Positions 9,715 through 18,609 of a stretch of DNA of 64,000 bases are shown here, one piece after another (the stretch's first letter is position 1; each line of letters starts with the position of its first letter). The notes below the pieces were generated by a model, which made no database searches, was not told the origin of the DNA, and saw only the letters and a list, made by a program, of their open reading frames with translations. The translations under genes and the position numbers were made by a program. The stretch lies in assembly GCA_001563335.1 (NCBI GenBank), contig LRSL01000076.1, forward strand, positions 5,325 through 69,324. Reading direction: 5' to 3'. The stretch is from Candidatus Thorarchaeota archaeon SMTZ1-45. Its GTDB lineage: Archaea > Asgardarchaeota > Thorarchaeia > Thorarchaeales > Thorarchaeaceae.

Positions 9715-10227
9715 ATGACGAAGGTTACTATGAAAATGCTTTCATCGTTTTCCAAGTTCAAATCCGATTGGGAGAAGGATGTAGGAAAACCAGAGAACAC
9801 GATCATGTATTATCTAATTGCTGCCCTCAATATTGAGAAAAATCCTGACCTCGCAGATGCGATGATGACTGTAGTAGTATCAAAGAAAGACTGTGTTGAA
9901 GACAGTGGGTCTCCATCAGGTCTGAAGTTAGGAAGAAGTGCAAAATATTTCGTTGGTCAGTTTCAGAAGAACAAGAATATTGCCCGGTCTTATGTTGGGG
10001 GAACTCCTCAGAATGGTTACAAGATTGATAATAACCACCTCATCATGACTGTCACCAAGAAACAGGAACATGGCAAGGGCCTAAAGATCTTCATCGATAG
10101 TGGTGGCAAAGATATGGACACTCCAGTACAGCTCCAAAAGAACAATGCCGGTCAATGGAAACTAACAGAGTATAGCTCTATTTGTACCGGTGTGCGAAAG
10201 ACTCTGCAAGAAGAGGGTGACTTCTGA
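9715..10227 (+). CDS. Hypothetical protein, 170 aa
   Basis: ATG preceded by GGAGTGA. The composition looks soluble. No motif recognised. Confidence 0.55.
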   Translation: MTKVTMKMLSSFSKFKSDWEKDVGKPENTIMYYLIAALNIEKNPDLADAMMTVVVSKKDCVEDSGSPSGLKLGRSAKYFVGQFQKNKNIARSYVGGTPQNGYKIDNNHLIMTVTKKQEHGKGLKIFIDSGGKDMDTPVQLQKNNAGQWKLTEYSSICTGVRKTLQEEGDF

Positions 10228-10274
10228 AGATAGACGGATTTCATCAACCCGTACATCCTTTCTTGATTCCAGTC

Positions 10275-10766
10275 TTATTGAAGAGTGCTCAGCATCTGAA
10301 ATACATCTGGGCATGCTCCTGCATCGCTAGACTGGACTTCAATATGACGTATAATTCCCTTCTTATCGATGACAAAGATACCTCTCTTCCCATAACCCTC
10401 CTTTGGTACAAAACAGTCGTACCTTAGGGTAACTTTTCCTGGAGGATCATGATCTGATAAAACCGGAAACCCAAGACCGCGAAGACTTTTTACCCATTTC
10501 CTGTTTTTGGATATGGAGTCCATGTTCATGCCCAAGACTTGTGTGTCCAATTCTTTGAATTTCATTATACTATCTCTATATAGCAGAAGATAGTTCTTAC
10601 AGGAATCGTTGAGTTCACCAGGGTTCAAAGCCAACAGGACATTATGCTTCCCTCGGTAGTCCGAAAGACGTATCATCTTGCCATCCTGATCAGGTAACTC
10701 GAAATCAGGAGCTTCTTCTCCAACATTCAAACACACATTTTGTTGACGTAGCAGCATTTGAATCAC
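10275..10766 (-). CDS. Peroxiredoxin-like (AhpC/TSA, Bcp-type) redoxin with an atypical active-site motif
   Basis: [25 protein letters not shown]...FPVLSDHD...[13 protein letters not shown] is the classic Bcp layout. The PxxxTxxC motif reads PGELNDSC (Thr replaced by Asn). ATG at 10757 is an alternative start to GTG at 10766. Confidence 0.75.
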   Translation of the reverse strand: MIQMLLRQQNVCLNVGEEAPDFELPDQDGKMIRLSDYRGKHNVLLALNPGELNDSCKNYLLLYRDSIMKFKELDTQVLGMNMDSISKNRKWVKSLRGLGFPVLSDHDPPGKVTLRYDCFVPKEGYGKRGIFVIDKKGIIRHIEVQSSDAGACPDVFQMLSTLQ

Positions 10767-10778
10767 ATCTAATCATAG

Positions 10779-10792
10779 TTAACAATAGTTAA
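10779..10792. promoter_or_regulatory. Copy 3 (variant) of the recurrent palindrome, TTAACAATAGTTAA, immediately upstream of the peroxiredoxin-like gene
   Basis: 13/14 match to TTAACAATTGTTAA. It can also be read as the direct repeat ATAGTTAA-ca-ATAGTTAA. It lies 13-35 nt upstream of the candidate starts of the minus-strand gene. Confidence 0.35.
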
Positions 10793-10857
10793 AGATTTTC
10801 TCCTATGGTCTTTTTTTAATTATAGTACATTATATTGGTAACCGTAATACTTTTATA

Positions 10858-10872
10858 TGTAATACTATTACA
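10858..10872. promoter_or_regulatory. 15-nt perfect palindrome TGTAATACTATTACA in an AT-rich spacer; GTAATACT also occurs 15 nt upstream
   Basis: Seven-nt arms around a central C. The direct repeat GTAATACT is at 10844-10851 and 10859-10866. It lies in the 528-bp gene-poor gap at 10767-11294. Confidence 0.3.
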
Positions 10873-10934
10873 AATTACATAATAACTGTAAGAGTTCGTG
10901 TGTGATTGGCACAGTTGGAGGAGATGCAGCAAAA

Positions 10935-11042
10935 ATGGCTGATGGTGCAGCGAACAACGAGTCCTTCGCAAAACGAGGGAAAAGAAATCCGAGACTCAGA
11001 ACGCTTGATTCCCTGTACTACGACTTTGCTCGAATAAAATGA
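10935..11042 (+). CDS. Candidate micro-ORF (35 aa, basic)
   Basis: MADGAANNESFAKRGKRNPRLRTLDSLYYDFARIK. GGAGGAG at 10917-10923 lies upstream. Below the ORF-track size cutoff and unverified. Confidence 0.25.
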   Translation: MADGAANNESFAKRGKRNPRLRTLDSLYYDFARIK

Positions 11043-11064
11043 GCATGAATGGAGGTGAAGTGTA

Positions 11065-11160
11065 ATGGCACTTGCAAAAACCGATAAGAAAAAACTGCAC
11101 TATGGTAAGAAGCTTCAAAGTACAGAAGCATTGGCTTATGCATATCTCTATAACAAGTAG
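11065..11160 (+). CDS. Candidate micro-ORF (31 aa, Lys-rich)
   Basis: MALAKTDKKKLHYGKKLQSTEALAYAYLYNK. A strong SD-like GGAGGTGA at 11051-11058 sits 6 nt before the ATG. It competes with the 69-aa track ORF 11072-11281 in another frame. Confidence 0.3.
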   Translation: MALAKTDKKKLHYGKKLQSTEALAYAYLYNK

Positions 11161-11294
11161 AGGTCGTAGCATCAGCCATTCAGATCAATCAATGATGAGG
11201 TTGTGCCTGCTCATATCGCGGGCACTCTCATTGTCATTTTCTATAAGCTTGTTTTTCTTGGTGATTTTATACCCTTGTTAATGTACTAAGATTC

Positions 11295-11636
11295 ATGGGG
11301 ACACAAGTCAATGCAAGAGTTGCATCCTTTATCGTCTATGACACCCGAGGTCTCTCAGAAGCGGATGTTGTCTACGAGTCTGCAGTTAAAATTACAAATG
11401 ATATCATGGAGGGGATAGAACGGCTGGCTCTTTCAGACACCATAAAGACTGCTACTCTCTTTATTCATGGATCTGGAGCACAACTCATTCTTCTTGTGCA
11501 CGCATTCGATGAAGAGTTGATTGCACCCGAATTTGAAAGCACTCTCAAGAGTGTGACTTATGATTCTGAAACTGGATATATCCAACGACATGTGATTCCT
11601 ATCCTTGATATCGATTCTTCTATGAATTCACCCTAG
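11295..11636 (+). CDS. Hypothetical small alpha/beta protein, 113 aa
   Basis: Compact soluble ORF. The size and alternating beta/alpha-like pattern only weakly recall Roadblock/LC7-type domains; no motif-level support. Confidence 0.5.
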   Translation: MGTQVNARVASFIVYDTRGLSEADVVYESAVKITNDIMEGIERLALSDTIKTATLFIHGSGAQLILLVHAFDEELIAPEFESTLKSVTYDSETGYIQRHVIPILDIDSSMNSP

Positions 11637-11701
11637 CTTGTGAATCCGAAATTTGGCTCGAGAGCAGGGTTCTTATGGTGCTCTACCAATGAAGACTTTG
11701 G

Positions 11702-12844
11702 GTGTCTGGGTATTTGAAACTTGAACGCTTTGAGCTTGAACGTTTCCAGTCTGAATGGGAACATCGTGTTGAGTACAACCTGAGTGAAAGTGGAGTCGAA
11801 CCACTCCGCATCAATGAACTACTTCAAACTCAGGATTTGAAAAACCAACTCTTAGAGATTCAACTTGGATACTCTCAAACAAATGGAACTATTCAACTTC
11901 GTGAAGCAATATCTTATCATTATCCTGGAACTAGTGCTGAACACATTCTAGCAACCTCTGGAGGGGCTGAAGCCAACTTTTTGGTAACATGGTGGTTGCA
12001 TAGAGAAAGTCCAGAGCATGATGAGCTCATCTTCATGATTCCAAACTATATGCAGATTGGCGGCATATGGAAAAACCTTGGCGGGAAGGTGATACCCTTC
12101 AAGCTCGAGATGGTCAATGGCAAGTGGACTCCTGATATTGAAGGCCTAAAGGCTACGATTTCAAGGAAGACTGCTGCTATTGCTATATGCACTCCTAACA
12201 ATCCCACAGGTAAAATCCTTTCAGAGGGTGATCTAAATGCCATCATTGACATTGCTGGTGAACATGATGTATGGGTTGCATCAGATGAAATCTATCGTGG
12301 TGCTGAGCTTCAGGGTAACAAAGCTCCATCAATGCATGGCCTCTATAATAAGACTCTCATCACCTCAAGCCTATCCAAGGCTTATGGTCTACCTGGTCTC
12401 AGAATAGGCTGGATTGTTTGCCCGACACCTGAGGTTGCTAAGGAACTATGGACTTATTCTGATTATACGACCATATGCCCGACAAAGACAAGCGACTGGT
12501 TAGCAACAATTGCTTTGCAGCCCAAAGTTCAGTCTATGATTGAAGAACGTACTCGGAAGGTGGTCAGTGAGAATTGGATGGTCATGGAGAAATGGATTGC
12601 TTCAAATTCCGATCTGCTGTCAGGACTAGCCCCTGAGGCTGCAGCTATCTGTTTCATCAAGCTCAAGGATGGTATTAATTCGCTTGACTTCGTTCATCGA
12701 CTTCTGAATGAAAAGAGTGTCCTAATCTCACCTGGTGACCACTTTGATACACCTGGGTTTATTCGCATTGGATTCGGAAGCAAGCAAGAGTATCTTGAAC
12801 ATGCGTTAGAGAGGATTAGTGAACTTCTGGATACATATCGTTGA
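11702..12844 (+). CDS. Class I/II PLP-dependent aminotransferase
   Basis: PNNPTG, DEIY and SLSKAYGLPGLRIGW (PLP-lysine motif) in the canonical order. 380 aa. Confidence 0.9.
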   Translation: MSGYLKLERFELERFQSEWEHRVEYNLSESGVEPLRINELLQTQDLKNQLLEIQLGYSQTNGTIQLREAISYHYPGTSAEHILATSGGAEANFLVTWWLHRESPEHDELIFMIPNYMQIGGIWKNLGGKVIPFKLEMVNGKWTPDIEGLKATISRKTAAIAICTPNNPTGKILSEGDLNAIIDIAGEHDVWVASDEIYRGAELQGNKAPSMHGLYNKTLITSSLSKAYGLPGLRIGWIVCPTPEVAKELWTYSDYTTICPTKTSDWLATIALQPKVQSMIEERTRKVVSENWMVMEKWIASNSDLLSGLAPEAAAICFIKLKDGINSLDFVHRLLNEKSVLISPGDHFDTPGFIRIGFGSKQEYLEHALERISELLDTYR

Positions 12845-13068
12845 ATTTTCTCTCTTACTATTGCACTTTTATCCTCTTGATAAACTCAAAGTTATTTATG
12901 ACTCCCCAAAAATGAAAAATAAAGTTTCATATATCATTAAAAATGAACGCAAACAATTTTGGAATCTTTTACCTATTAATTCGAGTTTTGGGATGTTCAA
13001 TGTGTTAAACGTATATTTTGAATATATTTGTTTCATACCAAGAATTGCAGTTGAATGAAGACTGCAGG

Positions 13069-13200
13069 ATGCAAGATAAAGTGACAACAGAGATTAAACA
13101 GCCTAAGAGCGAGCGGATGCATGAAGAAGTCATTGATAAAGAGAGACGGAGGCTTGCACTGCTTATAGAATTGGCGAAGGTTTACTATGATGGTCCATAA
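13069..13200 (+). CDS. Small ORF (43 aa from ATG 13069) whose stop overlaps the start of the next TPR gene
   Basis: TAATG overlap at 13198-13202. Charged helical sequence ...ERRRLALLIELAKVYYDGP. It could be a detached N-terminus of the TPR gene. Confidence 0.3.
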   Translation: MQDKVTTEIKQPKSERMHEEVIDKERRRLALLIELAKVYYDGP

Positions 13201-13736
13201 TGGAGGTCATAGGAAAAGCTGGACGTGTCGATAGATTGTCAGGACTGGAGATTGAGAATGAGAATATATTAGGACATTTCAAAGAAGCGATACATAGGTC
13301 TGATGATTCTGAAGAAGCGAAGTCCGTGGTTAGTGCTGAATATTCATGCTTGAGATCTATGATGCTTGAACCTCAGAATACAACAATGTGGAATTCACTT
13401 GCCTTGGTCTATATGTTGTCAGACAATGTAAGTGATGCTGAAGAGGCTATTGAGAGGTCTCTAGATATCGATACATCAAATGCATGGACTTGGTCTATTT
13501 GGGGTGATCTCCTCAAACATATGGGAAGGTTAGTTGACGCAGAACGTGCTTTTCGAATGGTATTAGAGCTAGATCCGAATGACACACATGCTTTGCATCA
13601 ATCAGTAACAATCTATACTTTGAGAGATGCTTATCCTGAAGTACTTGATATGCTCCAGAGATTAATCCCACTCACACCAAATGATCAAGAACTGTGGGAT
13701 GCATATTCTGCTTGTCTTCGAATCATCAGATATTAA
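13200..13736 (+). CDS. TPR repeat protein
   Basis: Repeated W/L-x2-L-G/A-x2-Y...A...F/Y..AL..DP 34-residue pattern (e.g. AWTWSIWGDLLKHMGRLVDAERAFRMVLELDPND). Confidence 0.75.
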   Translation: MEVIGKAGRVDRLSGLEIENENILGHFKEAIHRSDDSEEAKSVVSAEYSCLRSMMLEPQNTTMWNSLALVYMLSDNVSDAEEAIERSLDIDTSNAWTWSIWGDLLKHMGRLVDAERAFRMVLELDPNDTHALHQSVTIYTLRDAYPEVLDMLQRLIPLTPNDQELWDAYSACLRIIRY

Positions 13737-13799
13737 CATTTCTTTACATTTCGTTCTCTTACCAAAACAATAAAGCAGTATCATCTATTCACCTACTTC

Positions 13800-14999
13800 A
13801 TGGAAATAAGAATAATCCCATTCTTTTCACCCATCTCACCTAAAGATGTAAGGGATGAGGTGCTCGCAGAGTTGTCCACCACCAAGGTAAAGATCATTGA
13901 TCCAAAAGACTACAAATTCGAATCTTCTACTGAGAGAAACTATCTATTAATTGGAACTGGCGGCACTGAGAATGATGTTCGAAACTTCTTGGCAAAACAT
14001 CCTTTGCCCGAACCAGTTATTATTCTCAGCTATGATCTTCGTAATTCCCTTCCAGCGGCAATGGAGATTAGATCATACCTCCAGCAACAAGAAACCAACT
14101 CTAGGATAATTCATTCTACACTTCCTGAGCTTGTCCAGCTGATCTCTGATTGGTCCAATTTTGCTGAGATCCTTACAAAACTAAGAGAGAGCTCACTAGG
14201 TATAGTTGGTCAACCTTCCTCTTGGCTTATAGCATCGATAATCCGCCCTGACAAGGTAAAGAAACGTTGGGGTTTGTCCATAAAGCAACTACCTTTAGAT
14301 ACACTCATAGAGGCTGTAAAATCAACTGGAAATTCAGAATACTCAGACTCATTCAAAAGGTCATCCACATTATGTACCCCCTCTGATGATGAAATTCGTA
14401 AGGCAGGGCTAGTGGCTCAAGCCCTGAATAAATTGACGTATGAACATGAATTGAACGCAGTCACTGTTGAATGCTTCAATCTTCTCATGGAAACAAGAGT
14501 TTCGGGTTGTTTTGCGCTTTCTCTTCTTAATGACTTGAAGGAATCAACTGCTGGTTGCGAGGGCGATATTCCTGCGACTTTCACAATGATGTTGGGACAT
14601 ATGCTCACTGGACAAATTGGTTTTATGTCGAATGTCACCCATGTTGATAAAGTAGAAAACACTGCTGTATTCGCTCACTGCACACTCCCCACAACACTAG
14701 CAGAAAGCTATGAGATCACCTCTCATTTTGAAACAGGACTAAGTATCGGAATACGTGGAACCTTCAAACATCAACCAGTCACAATATTCAAAGTATTTGG
14801 AGAGGACTTGAGCGAGTATTGGGTTTCTGATGGTGAGATCATTGAGAACCTAGTGAACGAGACAGGTTGTCGAACACAGATTCGTGTTAGAATGAATGAA
14901 TCCGTAGACTATTTCTTAGAACGCTCTCTAGCAAATCATCACATTATCTTCTTGGGTAGACACGCAGAAAGAATTCGTAGGTTCTTCTCTTTTACATAG
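13800..14999 (+). CDS. L-fucose/L-arabinose isomerase-like family protein (tentative)
   Basis: N-terminal Rossmann-like part, then ...VECFNLL...GCFALSLLND...AGCEGDIPATFTMML, typical of the FucI-like family. 399 aa. Confidence 0.55.
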   Translation: MEIRIIPFFSPISPKDVRDEVLAELSTTKVKIIDPKDYKFESSTERNYLLIGTGGTENDVRNFLAKHPLPEPVIILSYDLRNSLPAAMEIRSYLQQQETNSRIIHSTLPELVQLISDWSNFAEILTKLRESSLGIVGQPSSWLIASIIRPDKVKKRWGLSIKQLPLDTLIEAVKSTGNSEYSDSFKRSSTLCTPSDDEIRKAGLVAQALNKLTYEHELNAVTVECFNLLMETRVSGCFALSLLNDLKESTAGCEGDIPATFTMMLGHMLTGQIGFMSNVTHVDKVENTAVFAHCTLPTTLAESYEITSHFETGLSIGIRGTFKHQPVTIFKVFGEDLSEYWVSDGEIIENLVNETGCRTQIRVRMNESVDYFLERSLANHHIIFLGRHAERIRRFFSFT

Positions 15000-15171
15000 A
15001 GTTTTCCATCTACAGTAATATTGCGACAAAAATGTAATCCATCACTCCTATTAAAGTCCCATAGAAATGTGATAAAGCTAACTCACGAATGGTCGTCACT
15101 GCTCATTCAGTCACGTTAGACTGCAAATCTTTCTATCGAATCTCTCTAGACCTGCTTTGAACCATTAATGG

Positions 15172-15942
15172 ATGAGAAGAGAATTGGGATTGACTGAAAT
15201 GCTACTGACGCCCTTCCAGACTGCTGATAAGATTCATCGAATCATGTGCAAGACAGGGATCCCTACTCTCGACAGTCTACTTGATGGTGGTTTTGAGAGG
15301 GGTCTTGTCTACTTGTTTTATGGTTCTGAGTGTCTTCACACTGACCTTCTAAGAGCTGCTGTACATGCGCAACTTCCTCTTACTAGTGGAGGATTTTCAA
15401 GTCCAACAATCATGATAGATAGTTCGAATGTGGTGGATATGGTAAAGCTAAGGGACCTCTCCTTCCAACTGGGTCTTGAGCCAGAAAGCGTTATGGATAT
15501 GATCTATATCTCACGAGCATTCAACTCAACTCAGACCTATGACCTTGTCATCAATCATCTCGATGAGTTCTTTGAGCGAATACCTGCAAAAATCTTAATC
15601 CTTCCAGGTTTAATTGACCTCTTTATCAACGAAGGTTTGGAGTCTGAACGAACAAGGCAGATGACTCATCTAGCTGCGAGAATCAATGCATTCACTCTAA
15701 GACATAATTTAGTCACTTTGATTTCAACCCGTATCAATAACACTCACAAAAAATATCCTCCAGTTGGAAGGACTCTCGCTAGTTCTGCGCAAGTCCATAT
15801 CCACGTTGATGAAACTCCAATGCGAATTGTTTATTCACTTACAAAACATCCAAGCTTGCCAATACGAAGCGAATCATTACTGAAACTGGGTTCTGCGTTT
15901 GGTACTACACTTCCCCTGGACTACTTCTTCAGTGATAAGTAA
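15172..15942 (+). CDS. RadB/KaiC-like RecA-superfamily protein with degenerate Walker A and B (probable pseudo-ATPase)
   Basis: GIPTLDSLLDGGFERGLVYLFYG aligns with the RadB N-terminus (GvksLDelLgGGfe.Gv.tq.yG). The following P-loop reads SECLHTDL instead of GxxGxGKT. The Walker B position reads KILILPGLID. Confidence 0.65.
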   Translation: MRRELGLTEMLLTPFQTADKIHRIMCKTGIPTLDSLLDGGFERGLVYLFYGSECLHTDLLRAAVHAQLPLTSGGFSSPTIMIDSSNVVDMVKLRDLSFQLGLEPESVMDMIYISRAFNSTQTYDLVINHLDEFFERIPAKILILPGLIDLFINEGLESERTRQMTHLAARINAFTLRHNLVTLISTRINNTHKKYPPVGRTLASSAQVHIHVDETPMRIVYSLTKHPSLPIRSESLLKLGSAFGTTLPLDYFFSDK

Positions 15943-15943
15943 T

Positions 15944-17602
15944 CTACTTGAGTGATTTTCCACACTCTGGACAGAACTTTGAGGTTGCAGTGATTTCTGC
16001 TTTGCATTCAGGACATTTACCAACGAGCTTTGTGTAGAGTGGTTCTAATTTATCACGAACTCCTTCTTTCAACAATTGTCTATTCCAAATGTCATCAATT
16101 CCCTTTTGGAATGATTTGATGGAATTTGGGATCTGAAGCACATTACCAGAGTCGCAAGCCACATGAAATGATGTTTTGAAGGACGCACTGTCCTTCATCT
16201 GCTTGTTCACAGTCTTTCGAACGAAGCTTTCTAGCCTATCATCAAGTGGACGGTGCGTATAAGGTAGACCGAATCGATCCTCTGGCATGATGATTGGTGG
16301 GAATACGATAGGATTTCCTGAGGTATATGTCGCAACCCATGTCTGGATGTTCATTAAAGTTAAAGGTGCTAGACCTTTAATCGAGTCATTTTCAAGTGTG
16401 AGTTTCTGAATGTTCTTAAGCTCAAGTTGTAATGATTTAACACGCTTTTCGACAATTCCATCCATTTTCTCAATTGCATCAATAACTTGCTTCTGAAGGT
16501 TCTTGAACTCAAGCTCCTTTGCATTCTTTTCGTCGTGCAATTCCTCTAACTTTGCTTGAAGGTCTTTGGTTTGAGTATTGACCAATTCTTCTTCTTTATT
16601 GATGTCTTCTTGAAGTTTGGACTCTAGATCTCCAACACGTCCAATAGCTGCGTCAGCAAGATCATTGAGTGAGTCAATGACATCGGTATATGTTGGTACA
16701 GTTACTGAGAGCTCATCGACGAGGACTCTATATCTCTCGATTGCATCTTCAAGTTCAAGCTGACTCAATGCTTCACGTGTGGATTTTATATCCTCTATCA
16801 ATTGGTTAAAGAACCGTTCAAGCTCGACGCTATCTCTAACAAACTCTGCTAAGATGACTCTTCTGTCCTTCTGGAGTTTGTCCTTCAGACTGTATACTTT
16901 CTCAGACATGCGATCCTGAATTTTTTCGATCCGAAGTCGAGATGAGTCCTCATGTGTATTGAGACGTTTTTCCCAACGGCTCATTTCTGCAGCCATTACA
17001 TTTTCCATTACTTTGATTTGGTCGGTGAGTTTTTCTTTGGTAATCTTCTGAAGTCCTTCCATCGTACCAAGCCGCTGACGTGCACCTTCAATCAGATTCT
17101 GAAAGTCTTCGCTGACAGTAAGAGCAAGCTGTGAGTCAATCTTCAAATCCAGCAGGTTAAGTTTCTCGTTTGGATCAACCTCTCTTACACGATTTCCCTG
17201 AGCAACAAAGAGGTTTGGCTCCTGGACATTTCTAATTTGATGGACTTTTGGTACCACATCTCGTAGCAACGGGAGTGCTTTCTCAACTCCTGGAGGAATG
17301 TCCTCGAATCTGGTTATCTCAGTACTTAATATCCGCCGGACAGGTCCAGATGCAGTGTCCTCACTTAGCTCCATCTTTATTGTTGACTCACCAATTGCTG
17401 AGAGAACAATAGAGTTGGTGTCTGATATTTGGACTATCCAAAAAGGTACAGACACAGGTGATAGGAACTTGAGATTTGCTTTCCCTTTCTTGTTTGATTC
17501 GGCTAGAATGAATGCCATTGCAAGGGCTGCTTCATTTGTATCAACTACCAGTTTATTCCCTTTTTCACGAAAGAGATAATCCAACGTAATCTGTCGGACC
17601 AT
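15944..17602 (-). CDS. Coiled-coil protein with globular N- and C-terminal regions and a C-terminal zinc ribbon
   Basis: 552 aa. About 250 central residues are heptad-like and E/K/L/Q-rich. The C-terminus is CPECKAEITATSKFCPECG. Same strand as the two arrestin-fold genes, 84 nt downstream of them. Confidence 0.8.
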   Translation of the reverse strand: MVRQITLDYLFREKGNKLVVDTNEAALAMAFILAESNKKGKANLKFLSPVSVPFWIVQISDTNSIVLSAIGESTIKMELSEDTASGPVRRILSTEITRFEDIPPGVEKALPLLRDVVPKVHQIRNVQEPNLFVAQGNRVREVDPNEKLNLLDLKIDSQLALTVSEDFQNLIEGARQRLGTMEGLQKITKEKLTDQIKVMENVMAAEMSRWEKRLNTHEDSSRLRIEKIQDRMSEKVYSLKDKLQKDRRVILAEFVRDSVELERFFNQLIEDIKSTREALSQLELEDAIERYRVLVDELSVTVPTYTDVIDSLNDLADAAIGRVGDLESKLQEDINKEEELVNTQTKDLQAKLEELHDEKNAKELEFKNLQKQVIDAIEKMDGIVEKRVKSLQLELKNIQKLTLENDSIKGLAPLTLMNIQTWVATYTSGNPIVFPPIIMPEDRFGLPYTHRPLDDRLESFVRKTVNKQMKDSASFKTSFHVACDSGNVLQIPNSIKSFQKGIDDIWNRQLLKEGVRDKLEPLYTKLVGKCPECKAEITATSKFCPECGKSLK

Positions 17603-17686
17603 TAAATCACCCTTTAGATGAAAAGTTGTGAACCTTCAGTCTTTATTTACGTTTGTTGGGTTGCCCCTCACGAGGTTATGTACTAT

Positions 17687-18589
17687 TTACCATTCAAACT
17701 CCATATCCGTGGAGTCAATGCGAAGGTCATCTCTGAGTTTCTCGCCGGAAGTCTGCAATGGAAACTCAACAAACGGATCAATGGACAATCCAACTTCCAA
17801 AACCACCTTTAGAAGCAGTGAAGTCTTGATGAGTTTACCCGCAAAAGGAATCATTGTAAGCCAATCAAAATGTATTGTTTCATCAATCCAACGACCATAA
17901 TCATTCGATGTTAGTGGTATACGTTTCTCAGTGATCCCAATTTTTGAGTCCAATTTATTACCTTTGCAGATAATATCTTCACGACGTAGAATTTCTATTC
18001 GAAGTCCCTTTATTCGAGACCTCTCCATCACTAGATATCGGATTTCAAATCCCCTTTTGGGTCTGAGAATATTTGTAGGAATTTCAACCTGGAGATTGTC
18101 AGTTTCTTTTCCAATTGGTAATGGCTCTGGAACAGGTTCAGGGATGTACTGTGGTAATTTTGATTTTACATTAAGCTGAATCTTTGATTTTGGATCCAAT
18201 GCTCGGTCAATCTCGATGACTGCTTCAATAGTATAGTCAATCTTACCACGAAAGCCTATGTGGACCGGAGGTATGTTTTCGGGAAGCTTGAACTCAAACT
18301 CGAATCGTGTATTCCCTGAGTAAAATTCCCCTCCCTCACAGATTGAAATGTCTTTATGTAGAAACTCATGAGTTTCACTAATATGGACCTTTCCTGCTTG
18401 ATAGTGTGTATATTCCTTTCCTCGAACCTTCAGAATAATTCTATTACATGAAAAATCCTTGTCAGTGGCTATCATGACATGTCCACTGACTAGGTCGCCT
18501 GGAACAAAATTGTCTTTCTCAGTATGGATTGTTACTTCTCTCATGTCTGACTCAGCCAACCAATTATCTCTAATTCTACTCGAGACCAA
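17687..18589 (-). CDS. Arrestin-fold (arrestin N+C / Vps26 / Spo0M-like) protein, paralog B
   Basis: VTIHTEKDNFVPGDLVSGHVMIATDKDFSCNRIILKVRGKE ... FEFEFKLPENIPPVHIGFRGKIDYTIEAVIEID matches the arrestin-N signature (y.pGe.v.G.v.l......i.l.l.G.e...fpF.f.lP...ppSf.g..G.i.Y.l.a.l). A second beta-rich lobe follows a Pro-rich linker. ATG at 18544 (MREVTIH) is the likely start. Confidence 0.7.
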   Translation of the reverse strand: MVSSRIRDNWLAESDMREVTIHTEKDNFVPGDLVSGHVMIATDKDFSCNRIILKVRGKEYTHYQAGKVHISETHEFLHKDISICEGGEFYSGNTRFEFEFKLPENIPPVHIGFRGKIDYTIEAVIEIDRALDPKSKIQLNVKSKLPQYIPEPVPEPLPIGKETDNLQVEIPTNILRPKRGFEIRYLVMERSRIKGLRIEILRREDIICKGNKLDSKIGITEKRIPLTSNDYGRWIDETIHFDWLTMIPFAGKLIKTSLLLKVVLEVGLSIDPFVEFPLQTSGEKLRDDLRIDSTDMEFEW

Positions 18590-18609
18590 ATAGGGTTTTC
18601 TTCCAGTAT

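Noticed and set aside
11072-11281. 69-aa TTG-initiated ORF in the 10767-11294 gap.
   Set aside because: Ser/Leu/Ile-rich low-complexity translation with no RBS. It overlaps a better-supported micro-ORF that has a strong SD. Kept only as an alternative.
12819-13087. 79-aa (+) and 63-aa (-) ORFs in the AT-rich spacer after the aminotransferase gene.
   Set aside because: They are mutually overlapping on opposite strands, with the Lys/Asn/Ile/Phe-rich composition expected from AT-rich non-coding DNA. No RBS.
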